Assembly: GCF_006345805.1 (NCBI RefSeq)
Contig: NC_042997.1
Span: forward strand, 60,574,001 to 60,638,000
Source: Octopus sinensis
Lineage: Eukaryota
DNA length: 64,000 nt
Direction: 5' to 3'
A program made the translations under genes and the position numbers. Below are positions 53,157-64,000 of the stretch, piece after piece; position 1 is the first letter of the stretch, and every line of letters starts with the position of its first letter. Below the pieces are notes generated by a model. It was not told where the DNA came from and did not search any database. It was given only the letters and a program-made list of their open reading frames with translations.

Positions 53157-53623
53157 CGGCGAAATTCTGCTTTACTCTCGGCATATAACCCCAGCGTAAC
53201 TTTTTAATTTTTTTGGAATTTTCAGAATTTTTTTTGCAAATTTGTGTTCTACACACGGAAATTCATACGACAACGCTTAAAAAAAAACTTTTTTGAACCT
53301 TTTTTAACTCACAGTTTCAAATGCGGACAGTCCGAATTTTTGGCTTAAATCCCAGCAATAGAGCATTAAATATGTTCATAGGGAGAAAGATATTGAAAAA
53401 CATCAATACGTCCGGGTAACAAACAAACGAGGACAGTATGAGATGGTCGTGAGATGTACTGAAAATAACAACTAAATACCTACTTTAATCACACATTTTT
53501 TTTTGCATATTCGTATGATTTCCCGTGTCTAGAACATAAATTCACAAATGTTTTCTGAAAATTATAAAAAAATGAAATAGGTTATGAGGGGTTATATGCC
53601 GTGCGTACAGCAGAATTCTGCCG
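53157..53623. mobile_element. Long imperfect-TIR MITE-like element
   Basis: The left arm (cggcgaaattctgctttactctcggcatataacccc...cacggaaattcatacga) matches the reverse complement of the right arm (tcgtatgatttcccgtg...ggggttatatgccgtgcgtacagcagaattctgccg). T-runs on both flanks. Confidence 0.7.
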
Positions 53624-53767
53624 TTTTTTTCCTTTTCCTTTCTCGAAATAGAAGCCAAATCACCCGCATCACATTAGATAGTGTAATCTTGGGGTAAATA
53701 CCTCACAATTGTTCATTGGTCTGCTCGCTGAGCGGGGCGCAGACATAACCGTAGACTTAAAAAGCTA

Positions 53768-53922
53768 GCAATGTTATTATCAGTCCGAATATTCATGATG
53801 CACAGGTGTACATCACCATTTGTCAACAAGTGAGATATATTCTCCGTGACAAAGCGCAGTGAGTAGCTTGTTCACCCAGTTCGAACGTGCATGAAGCATA
53901 TTCGGACTGATAAAAACATTGC
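53768..53922. mobile_element. Small MITE-like inverted repeat with arms of about 30 bp
   Basis: gcaatgttattatcagtccgaatattcatg pairs with catgaagcatattcggactgataaaaacattgc. Confidence 0.65.
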
Positions 53923-54042
53923 AATTCCACTTATCACTTGCTTAACGCTCCTATTCCATAATTAAAAAGCTAGCTTTGCACGCACGTTGTTCTTGAACTG
54001 ATGTCTCCTGCTGTAGCCACGAGTTAATATCTTGTATGTGGG

Positions 54043-54260
54043 AAGGCGGCGAGCTGACAAAAACGTTAGCACCCCGGGTGAAATGCTTTGCGGTATTTTG
54101 TCTGTCTTTACTTTCTGAATTCAAATTCCGCCGCGGTCGACTTTGCCTTTCATCCTTTCGGGGTCGATAAATGAAGTACCAGTTGTGTACTGAGGTCTAT
54201 CTAATTGACTGGCCCCTCCCCCAAAATTTTGGGCCTTGTGCCTAGAGCAGAAAAGAATAT
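54043..54260 (+). mobile_element. Well-preserved tRNA-derived SINE (Meta-like domain)
   Basis: aaggcggcgagctgacaaaaacgttag head, gaattcaaattcc B-box and gtcgactttgcctttcatcctttcggggtcgataaa domain. Confidence 0.85.
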
Positions 54261-55727
54261 CTTGTGTGTAGAAATTAGCGGACGAAGACTAAGCAGAAGT
54301 CCGTCGTATTTATATTAACCCTTACTATCCGTTTCCGATTAAGATGATTTATAAAACTTATCCAAATTACTATTCAATACAAACTTTAGAATTACTTAAT
54401 ACAATTAATTATTATTCGGAAAATATAAATAGAAAAAAGTTATTGATATGAATTGAGAAGAAATTAACCGGAGAAAGAAAGCAAAGTTTATGCTACCACC
54501 CTTCGGGGAAGACAAAACATGGCACATCTTCACGTCTATCACTAACCTGTTAAGTGAGATCATTATTTGTCTATATTTCTGATTATAATCCTTCATAATT
54601 ACTTTTTGAAAGAGATCATTAAAACATTAAACGGATTTTGAAACACTTATTGTTACTTAAAAAAAAAAAATTCTCCAACGACATCTCACTGCAGCTATAG
54701 TCTCGGAGCGAATTAAAGTTTATTTCATTGAACGAACGAATGAAAACACTTGACCGTCAGTCAATGAGTTTCTATTCAGGCGCTCAACCTGCTAGAAATA
54801 GCTATCAAATCCCCGTCAAATCCAACCCTATCGTCTTAAAAACAGATGTTGAATAATGTACTCTTGGGTTCACATTGGGTAAAACGGGGTAAAATTTCAG
54901 TTAATCTGAAAATTTACCAAAGTTGGAATTGTCACGGCTGGAATACCTGAACAATAGTTAATGGAGTGTTTATATGAAGTTAATATTGTTTTGAATGTGA
55001 AGCGCGCAAATCCTAACACGTCACCTGCGATAATGCAACAGTATTAATTGATTTTAAAAATGCTTAATTACTAAGTAATCAATAATTTATTACATAATAA
55101 TAGGTATATAATTCACCTTTGACTAAGTTTCGTATGAAATAATATGAATTATAAAACGATTTATATTAAACATTTGTGTTAGTTTTACGTAGGTCCGCGC
55201 AAAACTAGTTTATTAGCTTCGTTGTACGTAAATTAAGTACTTAAATAATCAGTGCTAAATATATGAAATTTATTTATGAGTAACGGGGACAAACATGTAC
55301 ATACAATGGATATGATATACTTACAAACAACTACAGAATATAAAATTTTAACTATTTCTAAAAAGAATAAGTAACTTTTCACTTTACCAAAGAGTTACCC
55401 CTTTGATTCTATTAGAGAGACTCGGCCCATGCCAGCTGACCCAGCTAACCACGCCTCTGATTTAATGTTCCTCTAGGTTGTTGTTAAACTCCGGATCAAA
55501 TCTGATTCGAGGGTTCTGGCCATGAGCATCTCGTCTTATTTTCAGACAGTGTTTACAAGGGCATGGTGCCCCTTTTGTCCTTCCTTTATTAACATGGGAG
55601 GATTTCTTTTTTTAGTCGGCAAAGCAATTACATAATACCCTCGGTGGCTCCCGATTCTCCATATTTATTTTATTGAATATTGTGAGCCCACAATAGATAG
55701 GAGATTCTCAGAAAATGTTACCCAAGA

Positions 55728-55978
55728 TATTTGGTTGGTGCATTATTATTATTTTTTATTATTATATAATTATTGCGGCTTGTTTTCAACAAATTTTATT
55801 CAACAAAAACATCTTTAAATGACGGTCTGACCGTCTGCCAAGCAAATGGGCAGCAGTAATTGAAGTAGATGGTGAATATGCTCCGGAATAATCATTTAAA
55901 GATATTTTTGTTACATGTTGTTATTGTTGAAAAAATTTATTTTTAAAAAAGCTGCTATAATTATGCACCAACCCAATA
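55728..55978 (+). mobile_element. Internally deleted mariner
   Basis: TAtttggttggtgca ... tgcaccaacccaaTA termini. Encodes the transposase end DGLTVCQANG / LPSKWAAVIEVDGEYAPE* (frameshifted). Confidence 0.8.
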
Positions 55979-55979
55979 C

Positions 55980-56264
55980 ATACCTTATCAAGGCAGAGAT
56001 TTATCTCTCAGTCAACTTAATGCTGTGAAACCAGAGCGAAGCACTGACTTTTAAATCCCCCCCACCCCCACAAGAACTTTAAAGACATTTACAAACTTAT
56101 ACCATTACATTTAGTTATAAGGACTAAATGTGTCTCTTGTATAATTTTTTCTCTTCTCTCCATAAACCTAATTCCATGGGCCTGTTTATGAATATCTTTT
56201 TTATTTTTACAGGATGCCATCAAAAAGCTAATCTTTGTTTCCATTTCATTATATAGCCTAGGAA
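55980..56264 (+). pseudogene. FPGS: Decayed duplicate of FPGS exon 2 with its upstream intron
   Basis: 55980-56240 aligns by eye with 61745-61980. Acceptor tttttacAG|GATGCCATCAAAAAGCTAA (DAIKKL) at 56213; possible donor GAA|GTATGT at 56264 (52 nt, frameshifting). Confidence 0.7.
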
Positions 56265-56325
56265 GTATGTTAACTATTTCATGGCATCTGATGTAGTATA
56301 GGTTGCACACATTCTAAAGTATATA

Positions 56326-57883
56326 TAGTGTACCCCCGCTTATTCATGGTTCGGCATTTGCGGTCCCAGTTATTCGTGGAACTAATAATTGTTCATGGAA
56401 ACCACTACATATTTGCAGGATCATAAATATCATCTGCAATATTTTATGGCATTTTTTAGATACAAGTACACTGTATATTGTATCTCTTATTCCTGCTTTC
56501 AATCAAACTTGTTAATTAGTATAGCGACTACCAGCCCTTTTTTTAAAAATCATCGCTACATTTGATCATATATTGGCATGAACCAATATAGCCTCATTGA
56601 AATTAGATTACTTGCTGGTCCATCTCTCTCTCTTATTATTGTAATATAGATTACTGTATCTAGTGGTAATTCAAAACCCTGATTATTTTTAATCTCTGCT
56701 CAATCTCCCATTGGTGGTATGTGTATATTAGATGCAATGAAGACTTTTTTGGAAGTTTTTTTTTTTTGAAAAACTGCATCCAGTAGCTAGTTGTCTCCAA
56801 TATTTTGTGTTTTTTGCAGCATGTTATTAAAGCCCTAAGATGCCCTACACCTTCTAAGGCTTCTGGCAGTGAACCTAAGTGCCAGAAAAAGATTATGACA
56901 CTTCACGAGAAGGTACAACTGCTGGATATGCTCCAGGAAGGTAAAAGTTATGCTACAGTAGGTTGCTATTATGTTGTTGATTAAAGCACCATATGCTACA
57001 TAAAGAAGAACGAGGTGACAATCAGGACTACTGTAGCAGTAAGTTTCTGTGAAAGTGCCAAAAAGATAACGATAGTGAGAAATAAGCACTTCATCAGGAT
57101 GGAATCTGCCTTGGCATTGTGGATCAGTGACTGCTAGAAGAAAAACAGCCTCTTAAATGGTAACATCATCCATGAGAAAGTGTGAAAATTATACTAGCAG
57201 TTTGACAGAGGAGACGGAGCAGAAGGCACTGAAGAACAACAACCAAGACCATTGACAGCACTGGAGCCCTAAGATTTTCAAACCAGCAAGGGATGGTTTG
57301 ACCGTTTCCAGAAACTTCTTAAAATAAAATGTGTTTCCCTGCATGGAGAGATAGCATCAGCCGACAAAGAAACTGCCGGAAAGTACCTCGAGACCTTCAG
57401 GTAGATCATCGAGGACAAGGGATACAAGCTGGAACAAATTTTCAGTATGGACGAGACTGGGTTGTTCTGGAAGGACAAAGCCGGAGCCCCAGCATTTACG
57501 GCACAAAAGGACAGGGTGATGCTAATTACATGTGGCTTATCTACAAGTTTGCAAGCACGAGAACCTTCAAAAATAAGAATAAAAATCTGCTGCCTGTCCA
57601 CTGGATGCACAACCTCAAAGCCTGGATTACCAAAAGTCTAACTTTGGATTGGTTCCACTTATACTTCATCAGTCAAGCCAAGGAATGCCTCCAAAATGTT
57701 TGCATGGAATTCAAGGTGTTGCTTGTTATGGATAATGCTGGTATCACAAGGGAGTTCAAGTCAAGTTCTTCCATGCCAACACCACCTCCCTCATCCAGCC
57801 TATTGATCAAGGTATGATCTGTGCCTTCAGGGCACTTTACACTTGGAACTTTCTCCAACACCTTGTGGATGCAATGGATTCGG
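56326..57883 (+). mobile_element. Tigger/pogo DNA transposon fossil (5' TIR plus transposase, 3'-truncated)
   Basis: TIR-like tagtgtacccccgcttattc. Transposase motifs KIMTLHEKVQLL, MESALALWI, SKGWFDRF, LHGEIASAD, IFSMDETGLFWK, LLVMDNA and IQPIDQG, with stops and frameshifts. Confidence 0.9.
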
Positions 57884-58276
57884 TATTCTTAGATACCCCT
57901 AAATGGACAGAAGAGTCATGGCTGGAATGTTTTGATCATCGGCCTACATGATGTGAGTTGATTAAGAGCAAAAGAACAACAGCAGCTGCAAAGATACATC
58001 AAAGCAAGATATTAGGCAGGGTCAGTGTGAGAGAGTGTGCATATGTTTGTGTCTCCTTATGTTGACATTGGGTGATTGTTGTAAATGAACGTCATTCATT
58101 TCCAAGACTCTACAAAAAATATGTCTGGCCATATTACCTTGCTTGCAAAGGGCACCCAGCTGTAGCCCTAACAAACTGTCCAACCCATGCTGGTATGAAA
58201 CATGTTTGTTAAATAATGATGATGATCTCTCTGTCTGTCTGTCTCTTTCCCTCTGTGTGTATGTATATATATATAT

Positions 58277-58465
58277 CAGTCGCCATGATATCATTAGCCA
58301 CTACACACATTTTTTTCTCTCCTTGTTTTCTCTGTGTCCCTTTCTGTGGAAGAGCGTAGGCTCGAAATGTAAAAGGCTTTTTCTATTCCTGAGCATTATA
58401 CTAATACATCTGTTTGTTTTGTACACCACCTGTCTTCATGTTTTGTTTTTTTCGTAAACTCTCAC
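58277..58465 (+). mobile_element. Solo Penelope-type pLTR / mini-element between (TA)n tracts
   Basis: Homologous to 35105-35296; contains a hammerhead-like motif. Confidence 0.75.
58339..58376 (+). ncRNA. Minimal type-I hammerhead-like motif with an atypical core
   Basis: CCTTT-CTGTGGA-A-GAGC-GTAG-GCTC-GAA-AT-GT-A-AAAGG. Stem I CCTTT/AAAGG, stem II GAGC/GCTC, short stem III, GUA cleavage triplet. The core is CUGUGGA rather than CUGANGA. Confidence 0.5.
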
Positions 58466-58497
<32 letters not shown>

Positions 58498-58498
<1 letters not shown>

Positions 58499-58875
58499 GG
58501 CTGTGTGGTAAGAAGCTTGCTTACCAGCCACATAGTTCCAGGTTAAGTCCCATTGTGTGGCATCTTGAGCAAATGTCTTCTATTATAACCTTGTGCCAAC
58601 CAAAGCTATGTGAGTGAATTTGGTAGACAGAAACTGAAAGAAGCCCATCATATATATGTATACATGTGTGTGTGTATGTGCCTTTGTGTCTATGTTTGTT
58701 CCCCATCACCGTTTGACGACTAATGTTGGCATGTTTACATCCCTGTAATTTTGTGGTTCAGCAAAAGACCCTGATAGACTAAGTAGTACGCTTTAGAAAT
58801 AAGTCCTGTGGTTGATTTCTTCAACTAAAACCCTTGAAGGTGATGCTCCAGCATAGTCACATCAAATGATCAAAA
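58498..58875 (+). mobile_element. Composite CORE-type SINE
   Basis: Same family as 45484-45960. Confidence 0.8.
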
Positions 58876-58879
58876 CGCC

Positions 58880-60490
58880 AAGTAGAAGCAACACTGATGC
58901 TATATTTATGGTAATGCAACTTCAGGAGAAAATTCTAGCCAATGATAAACCTCTGTACTTGGCTTTTGTTGACTTGGAGAAAGCTTTTGACAGAGTCTTT
59001 CAATCCCTTATCTGGTGGTCAATATGGAAACTAGGGATAGATGAGTGGTTGGTACAAGCCTTCTGCAGGGATGTTACCAGTAAGGTGAGGGTGGGCAACG
59101 AGAACAGCGAATAATTCAGAGTACAAGTAGGAGTTCACTAAGGATCAGTCCTCAAGCCCACTTTTGTTCGTCATAGTTCTCCAGGCAATAATAGAGATTT
59201 TCAAGACAGGCTGCCCCTGGGAGCTCTTCTATGCTGATGACCTTGCTCTTATAGTTGAATCATTACCTGAACTAGAGAAGAAGTTTCAGGTATGGAAGCA
59301 AAGTCTAGAATCAAAGGGCTTTAGAGTTAACTTAGCAAAAACCAAAGTCATAGTAAGTAGGAAGACAGACGAATCACAAATCCCTTCAGGTAAATGGCCC
59401 TGCTCAATCTGTAGAAAAGGTGTAGGTAGAAACTCCATAAGATGCACCTTGTGTAAGCTTTGGACACATAAAAGGTACAGCAACATCAGAGGAAGTTTAA
59501 CAGGGAAACTAACTTTTGAATGTGGAAGGTGGACAGGTACAATAAATGCTGACAATGTGGAAAACATCAACTGCCAGGGGAGCAAGCTAGAGGTAGTAGA
59601 TAGCTTCCGTTATCTAGGTGACTAAGTTAGTAGCGGAGATGGATGCTCTGAGAGCATAGCTGTCAGAATAAGATTAAGCTGGGCAAAGTTCAGAGAGCTT
59701 CCACCCTTGCTGGCAACAAAGGGCCTCTGTCTCAGAGTGAAAGGCAGATTGTTTGCAAACAGCTATGCTGCATGGTAGTGAAAATGGGCTATGACAGCTG
59801 AGAACATACATAGGCTTGAAAGAAATGAAACCAGTATGCTTCACAGGATGTGCAATGTCAGTGTGAATGTTCGACAGAGTGTAAGTATCTTGAGAGAAAA
59901 GTCAGGCATAAGAGGAATCAGATGTGGTGTGCAAGACAGATGGTTGTGTTGGTATAGTCATATGATGCATTTGGAAATTAAAAAATATTTTTGTTGTTTT
60001 TGTAAAATCTCAGAAAATAATTAAAAATTCACATTTTTTATCAAATTATTTTGTTATATTTGTCTATCTATCCAACTGTAAACATTTTAAATATTTCACT
60101 AACTTTTGGTAAAAGGGTACATATTTTGCCAAAAATTGCCAAATTTGTTCCCAGTCTTCTTTATCCAGAACCAGAATCGTAAACTTTCTCTTGAAAATAT
60201 TTCAAACTATTCAAGTTGAGAGTTTGACAGAGACAGATTTGGGAAGAAATATACAGTGTTTCAAGGTGACATCCTTTGGTGACTTATAGCTGTGTAAAGA
60301 AGTGATGATCTCTGACTGTGGAAGGAACCTGTGGTAGAGGTAGACCCAGGAAAACATGGGGTGAGGTGAAGCATGATCTTCAAACTTTGAGCCTCACAGA
60401 GGCAACGATTAGTGACTGAGACCTTTGGTGATGTGCTGTGCTTGAGAGGACCCATCAAGCTAAGTGCACCCATGCTGGTGTCATGTAGAG
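58880..60490 (+). mobile_element. 5'-truncated RTE LINE (RT plus PHD-like finger to the 3' end), interrupted at about 59970-60290
   Basis: LAFVDLEKAFDRV, ELFYADDLAL, WPCSICRKGVGRNSIRCTLCKLWTHK, LEVVDSFRYLGD, and GTCGRGRPRKTW after the insertion. Confidence 0.92.
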
Positions 60491-61950
60491 AACATCTTTT
60501 GAACGTTGGGCCTCACAGAGGCAAAGCGGCTGAATTCCTTTCAGAAAATCTCTTACATACAGTGAGTTCACAATGTTCAATAAAACAGGTATGATTAACA
60601 TTACCAGAATTAATTCAAATGACTTAATAATCAACCTTTAGTCCTGTGAAAAAATAACAAACAAAATATTTTTATTCATGAATAAATAAGTTTGAATAAA
60701 ATAGTATTCAAATAGGTAACTACCAAATAGTGTGTTTTTAAATATATTTCATTGGTCTATTTCTTTAAGTGAACTATCTTTTTAATTGTAGAAATGTCTT
60801 AATTTCCATATAAAAGCTGATATACTGAATACTAGATAAGAACAAAACAGCTGTTAGAGGACAGCTCATCAAGCTAAGTTTGTTATCAGTACTTCAGTAA
60901 ATAAGTTGGAAAATAGCTATTTTCCCTAATACACACTTTCTGGTTTGTTTATTACATTCATATAAAATATAAATGACCAACTAATTGAATTTTTGAAATT
61001 TTTTTGTTACATATTTGAGTAAAAATAAATTTCTATTAGAATATTGAATATATTCTTTTCTACTCTAGGCACAAGGCCTGAAATTTTTTTTTTTGTGGTG
61101 GGGGGAGCAGGACCAGTCGATTAGATCGACCCCAGTATGTAACTGGTACTTAATTTATTGACCCAGATAGGATGAAAGGCAAAGTCGACCTTGGCAGAAT
61201 ATTGAATATATAAACGAATTCTTAGACAGCTATGACAACTGTAATTTGTTAAACAAGCATGTTCATCACCTTCTAACATTATTTATACCTAAAATAAGAG
61301 TGAAAACCAGGTCAAGGACTCAATTTAGTACTGTACTATACAATCGTAACTAAATGGTCACTAGTATATAATTGCATATATACAATAGTTGTAATAAAAT
61401 ATTTGAAAAAGCGGCTTCTATTTTAATTGCTACTGTAATTGTATTTAATATAACATGTTCCTTTTCTAAAAAAACATATTGTCCATTATTTTAGCTTCTT
61501 TGTTACAAAAATGTTATCTTACTATAGCAGCAAGATATGACTGAAAATATTTTGTTTACAAATTGCTGGCATGTTCTCTTTGCAATTATGTGGCTCCAAT
61601 ATTTTTGTTTGTTATTTTTTCACAGGACTAAAGGTTGATTATTAAGTCATTTGAATTAATTCTGGTAATGTTAACTATACCTGTTTTATTGAACATTGTG
61701 AACTCACTGTATGTAAGAGATTTTCTGAAAATGTTATCTTGGATACATGTCTTATCAAGGCAAAAATTTTATCTCATTACTAAATGCTATGAAACCAGAG
61801 CAATGCTTTTAAAATCCCTCACCTCAAGCTCTATGAAGACATTTGCATATTTATACAACTACAAGTTAAAGGGACCAATGTGTCTCCTATATCATTTTCT
61901 TTTCTTGTCATAAATTTGTTGATGTAAATTTTTTATTTTCATTTTTATAG

Positions 61951-62052
61951 GATGCCATTGTAAAGCTAAACCTTTTGCAAGCTAATAAATCTCAAGATCC
62001 TGAAGCCAAATTGAACTTTGTCAGATCATGTTTGACTGACATTAATTTAACT
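61951..62052 (+). CDS. FPGS: FPGS coding exon 2
   Basis: tttttatAG|...|GTGAGT, 102 nt, phase 0-0: DAIVKLNLLQANKSQDPEAKLNFVRSCLTDINLT. Corresponds to the FPGS exon DAVRMLNTLQTN...DPQTQLEAMELYLARSGLQ. Confidence 0.88.
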
Positions 62053-62949
62053 GTGAGTCACTTGATTTTTATTTCAATAAAACTGAATTTATACCCAGCT
62101 TATAATTTCATTGATATTCTTGTTATTGAGATTTAGCCATAGATCAGCCTCCATCACACAAACATATGATCATGGTAATCTGGTTGTAACTGTTTCATCT
62201 TCCTTTTTTAGGCACAGTGTATCTAGAGTCACTGTATTTTATGGCATACAAATCAATGTAGCTTATAGTGTAAACATTCAAATATCATCACTATCTGCTG
62301 CATTTCACATGGAATTTTCACTCCTCCAAATCATCTTAGTATGTAAGTTGACCTACCATTTTGGCTGTAAAATTTGGGTTGATATCTTTGATTTCCACAG
62401 TAAAAGGGTTAAATAAAAGCAAGTTCTTATGAGCCTCAGGGTTATTTTTTCTTGTTGTGTCTGTTGACATCTTGGCCTCTACCTGTTGTTTGACATACAT
62501 GCGTACTAAATTTTACAGACAAAAGAATGGCACCTTATGAGTGGTTAACAGCAGGTCATGTATGCAAGAAACTAGTATATCTGTTAGTTCAACCAAAGAA
62601 AAAACAAAAAGAGAGACAAAAGAATCTTGGAGGCATATAAATAATAATTTGCCATTAACTAAGTTTCAAACAATTGTAGTTGACCCGATATCAGTGATCA
62701 AGTTGCATTGGTGTGGCATAAATTTTGACAGCACACAAAATAAATGGAAAGCAAAGCAGAAAGCCTTTGTGTGTCTTTAGGTGGTTAAAGTAGCTCTTCC
62801 ACTATGTAAAGCAATTATAGTATTTTGTTATGTCTCTCTTCATTCTGGATTCAGGTTTTGCTTCAATCAAGTTTATCCTTCACTTGTCTGAAGACAATAT
62901 AGTAAGGACTAGTAATATATATACTGGATTCAACTTTGCCTTTCATCCT

Positions 62950-63905
62950 TGTCGTGATGAAAAATACTCCTCCATACTGTTCTGACCTCGTCTGCAGAAT
63001 TCATATTTTTTTCTGTCCAAATGATTTTGAAGACTGTGGAATAAATGATAATGAGATGGGGCAATGTCCGGCGAATATGGTGGGTGGGGCATTGTTTCCC
63101 ATTCAACTGCTCCAGCTTTTGGAATGTCAACTTCACTGTATATGGCCAAGCATTACCCTGATAGAGCACCTTTTGTCTTGAAACTAAAGATGGTCATTTT
63201 TCTTCTGGTGCTGCTCAAGCTGTTCACATTTTTCTTCTGGTGCTGCTCAAGCTGCTGACAATAGATCTCCTTTGTTATCGTTTGGCTTGGGTTTAAAAGT
63301 TCAAAGTGGACTAAACCTTTCATATCCTACCAAACAGATAACACCTTACATGGGTGAAGACCTTCTTCAGCCTGGGGTGCCGGTGTTTCTCCTTTCCTTA
63401 TCCACTGTCTTCGGCACTTGACATTTTTATAGAGAACTCATTTCTCATCACCAGTCACTATTCAGTCCAAAAAAGGTTCATTTGTGAGATGTGACAGCAA
63501 AGAAGAGCACACATTCACTCTCTGCATGCTATTAGATTTGGAAAGTTTGTGAGGAACCCATTGTCCCAATTTGCTGACTTTTCCAGTGGCGCACAGGTGT
63601 CAATGAATGGTTGAATGACCAAATCCAAGCTTTTCTGCTAGTTCCTCAACAGTTACAATGGGATTTTGTTTCACCAGGATTTGCAGGGCATCCTTGTTGA
63701 GCCCTACAGATCTTCCAAGACAAGGTTCATCTTATAGGCTGTAGTTTCCAGCTCGGAATTTCTGGAATCACTGTTGACACTGGCTTACACTCATTGTCCG
63801 ATCCCCATATACTGCTTGAATATTCTTTGCCCTTTCCATTGTGTTATTTCCTTTATTGAGCTCAAAAAGCAAAATATGTCAAATATGCTATTTTGTCACT
63901 TCCAT
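62950..63905 (-). mobile_element. Mariner transposase pseudogene
   Basis: ATG at 63905. Motifs WVPHKL, IVTGDEK, the GNAWPY variant of DNARPH, and HPPYSPDIAPSHYHLF; many stops; a short internal direct duplication at about 63197-63256. Confidence 0.92.
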
Positions 63906-64000
63906 TATAGCTTTGAAAAAATAACTGTTAAAATTGAACTGCACTCTTCAAAACTTCACTAAGAATAAGGACAAGATAAAATCACTACCTGCTTTTACAG

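Noticed and set aside
54043-54130. tRNA gene
   Set aside because: The A/B boxes belong to a multicopy SINE head and there is no complete cloverleaf; the same applies to the other SINE heads.
61626-61664. AG...GT-bounded exon candidate upstream of FPGS exon 2
   Set aside because: Stops in all three frames, and it is not needed for the FPGS reading frame.
63980-64000. Window ends in cctgcttttacAG, a possible acceptor for FPGS exon 3
   Set aside because: The downstream sequence is not visible, so it cannot be tested.

Overview
AT-rich, repeat-dense eukaryotic DNA. The SINE, LINE and microsatellite content looks to me like a coleoid cephalopod (Octopus-like); this is my recognition, not a database result. 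Two protein-coding genes can be read. (1) MAP2K7/MKK7-like on the minus strand: coding exon 1 at 15759-15627 (MSTSIQNKLNQLERRLIEEN...GPRRPSR), followed by an intron of at least ~15 kb running towards the window start; no kinase-domain exons are visible. (2) FPGS (folylpolyglutamate synthase) on the plus strand: exon 1 at 52236-52487, with a long acid-free presequence and three in-frame ATGs, and exon 2 at 61951-62052, plus a decayed duplicate of exon 2 at 56213. Both genes appear to have a divergently oriented neighbour transcript. The rest is mostly transposon debris: RTE LINEs with a PHD finger inside the RT, a Gypsy pol with a short LTR, a Penelope fragment and a solo pLTR with a variant hammerhead fold, Tigger and mariner fossils, Helitron/Helentron-type elements, several MITE families and tRNA-derived SINEs. 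The best leads are the candidate micro/poison exons in the MKK7 intron (one carried in by a recent 366-bp duplication), the hammerhead-like mini-element, a perfect 106-bp inverted repeat about 1 kb from the MKK7 start, and the FPGS exon duplication. No CRISPR array, rRNA gene or true tRNA gene was seen.
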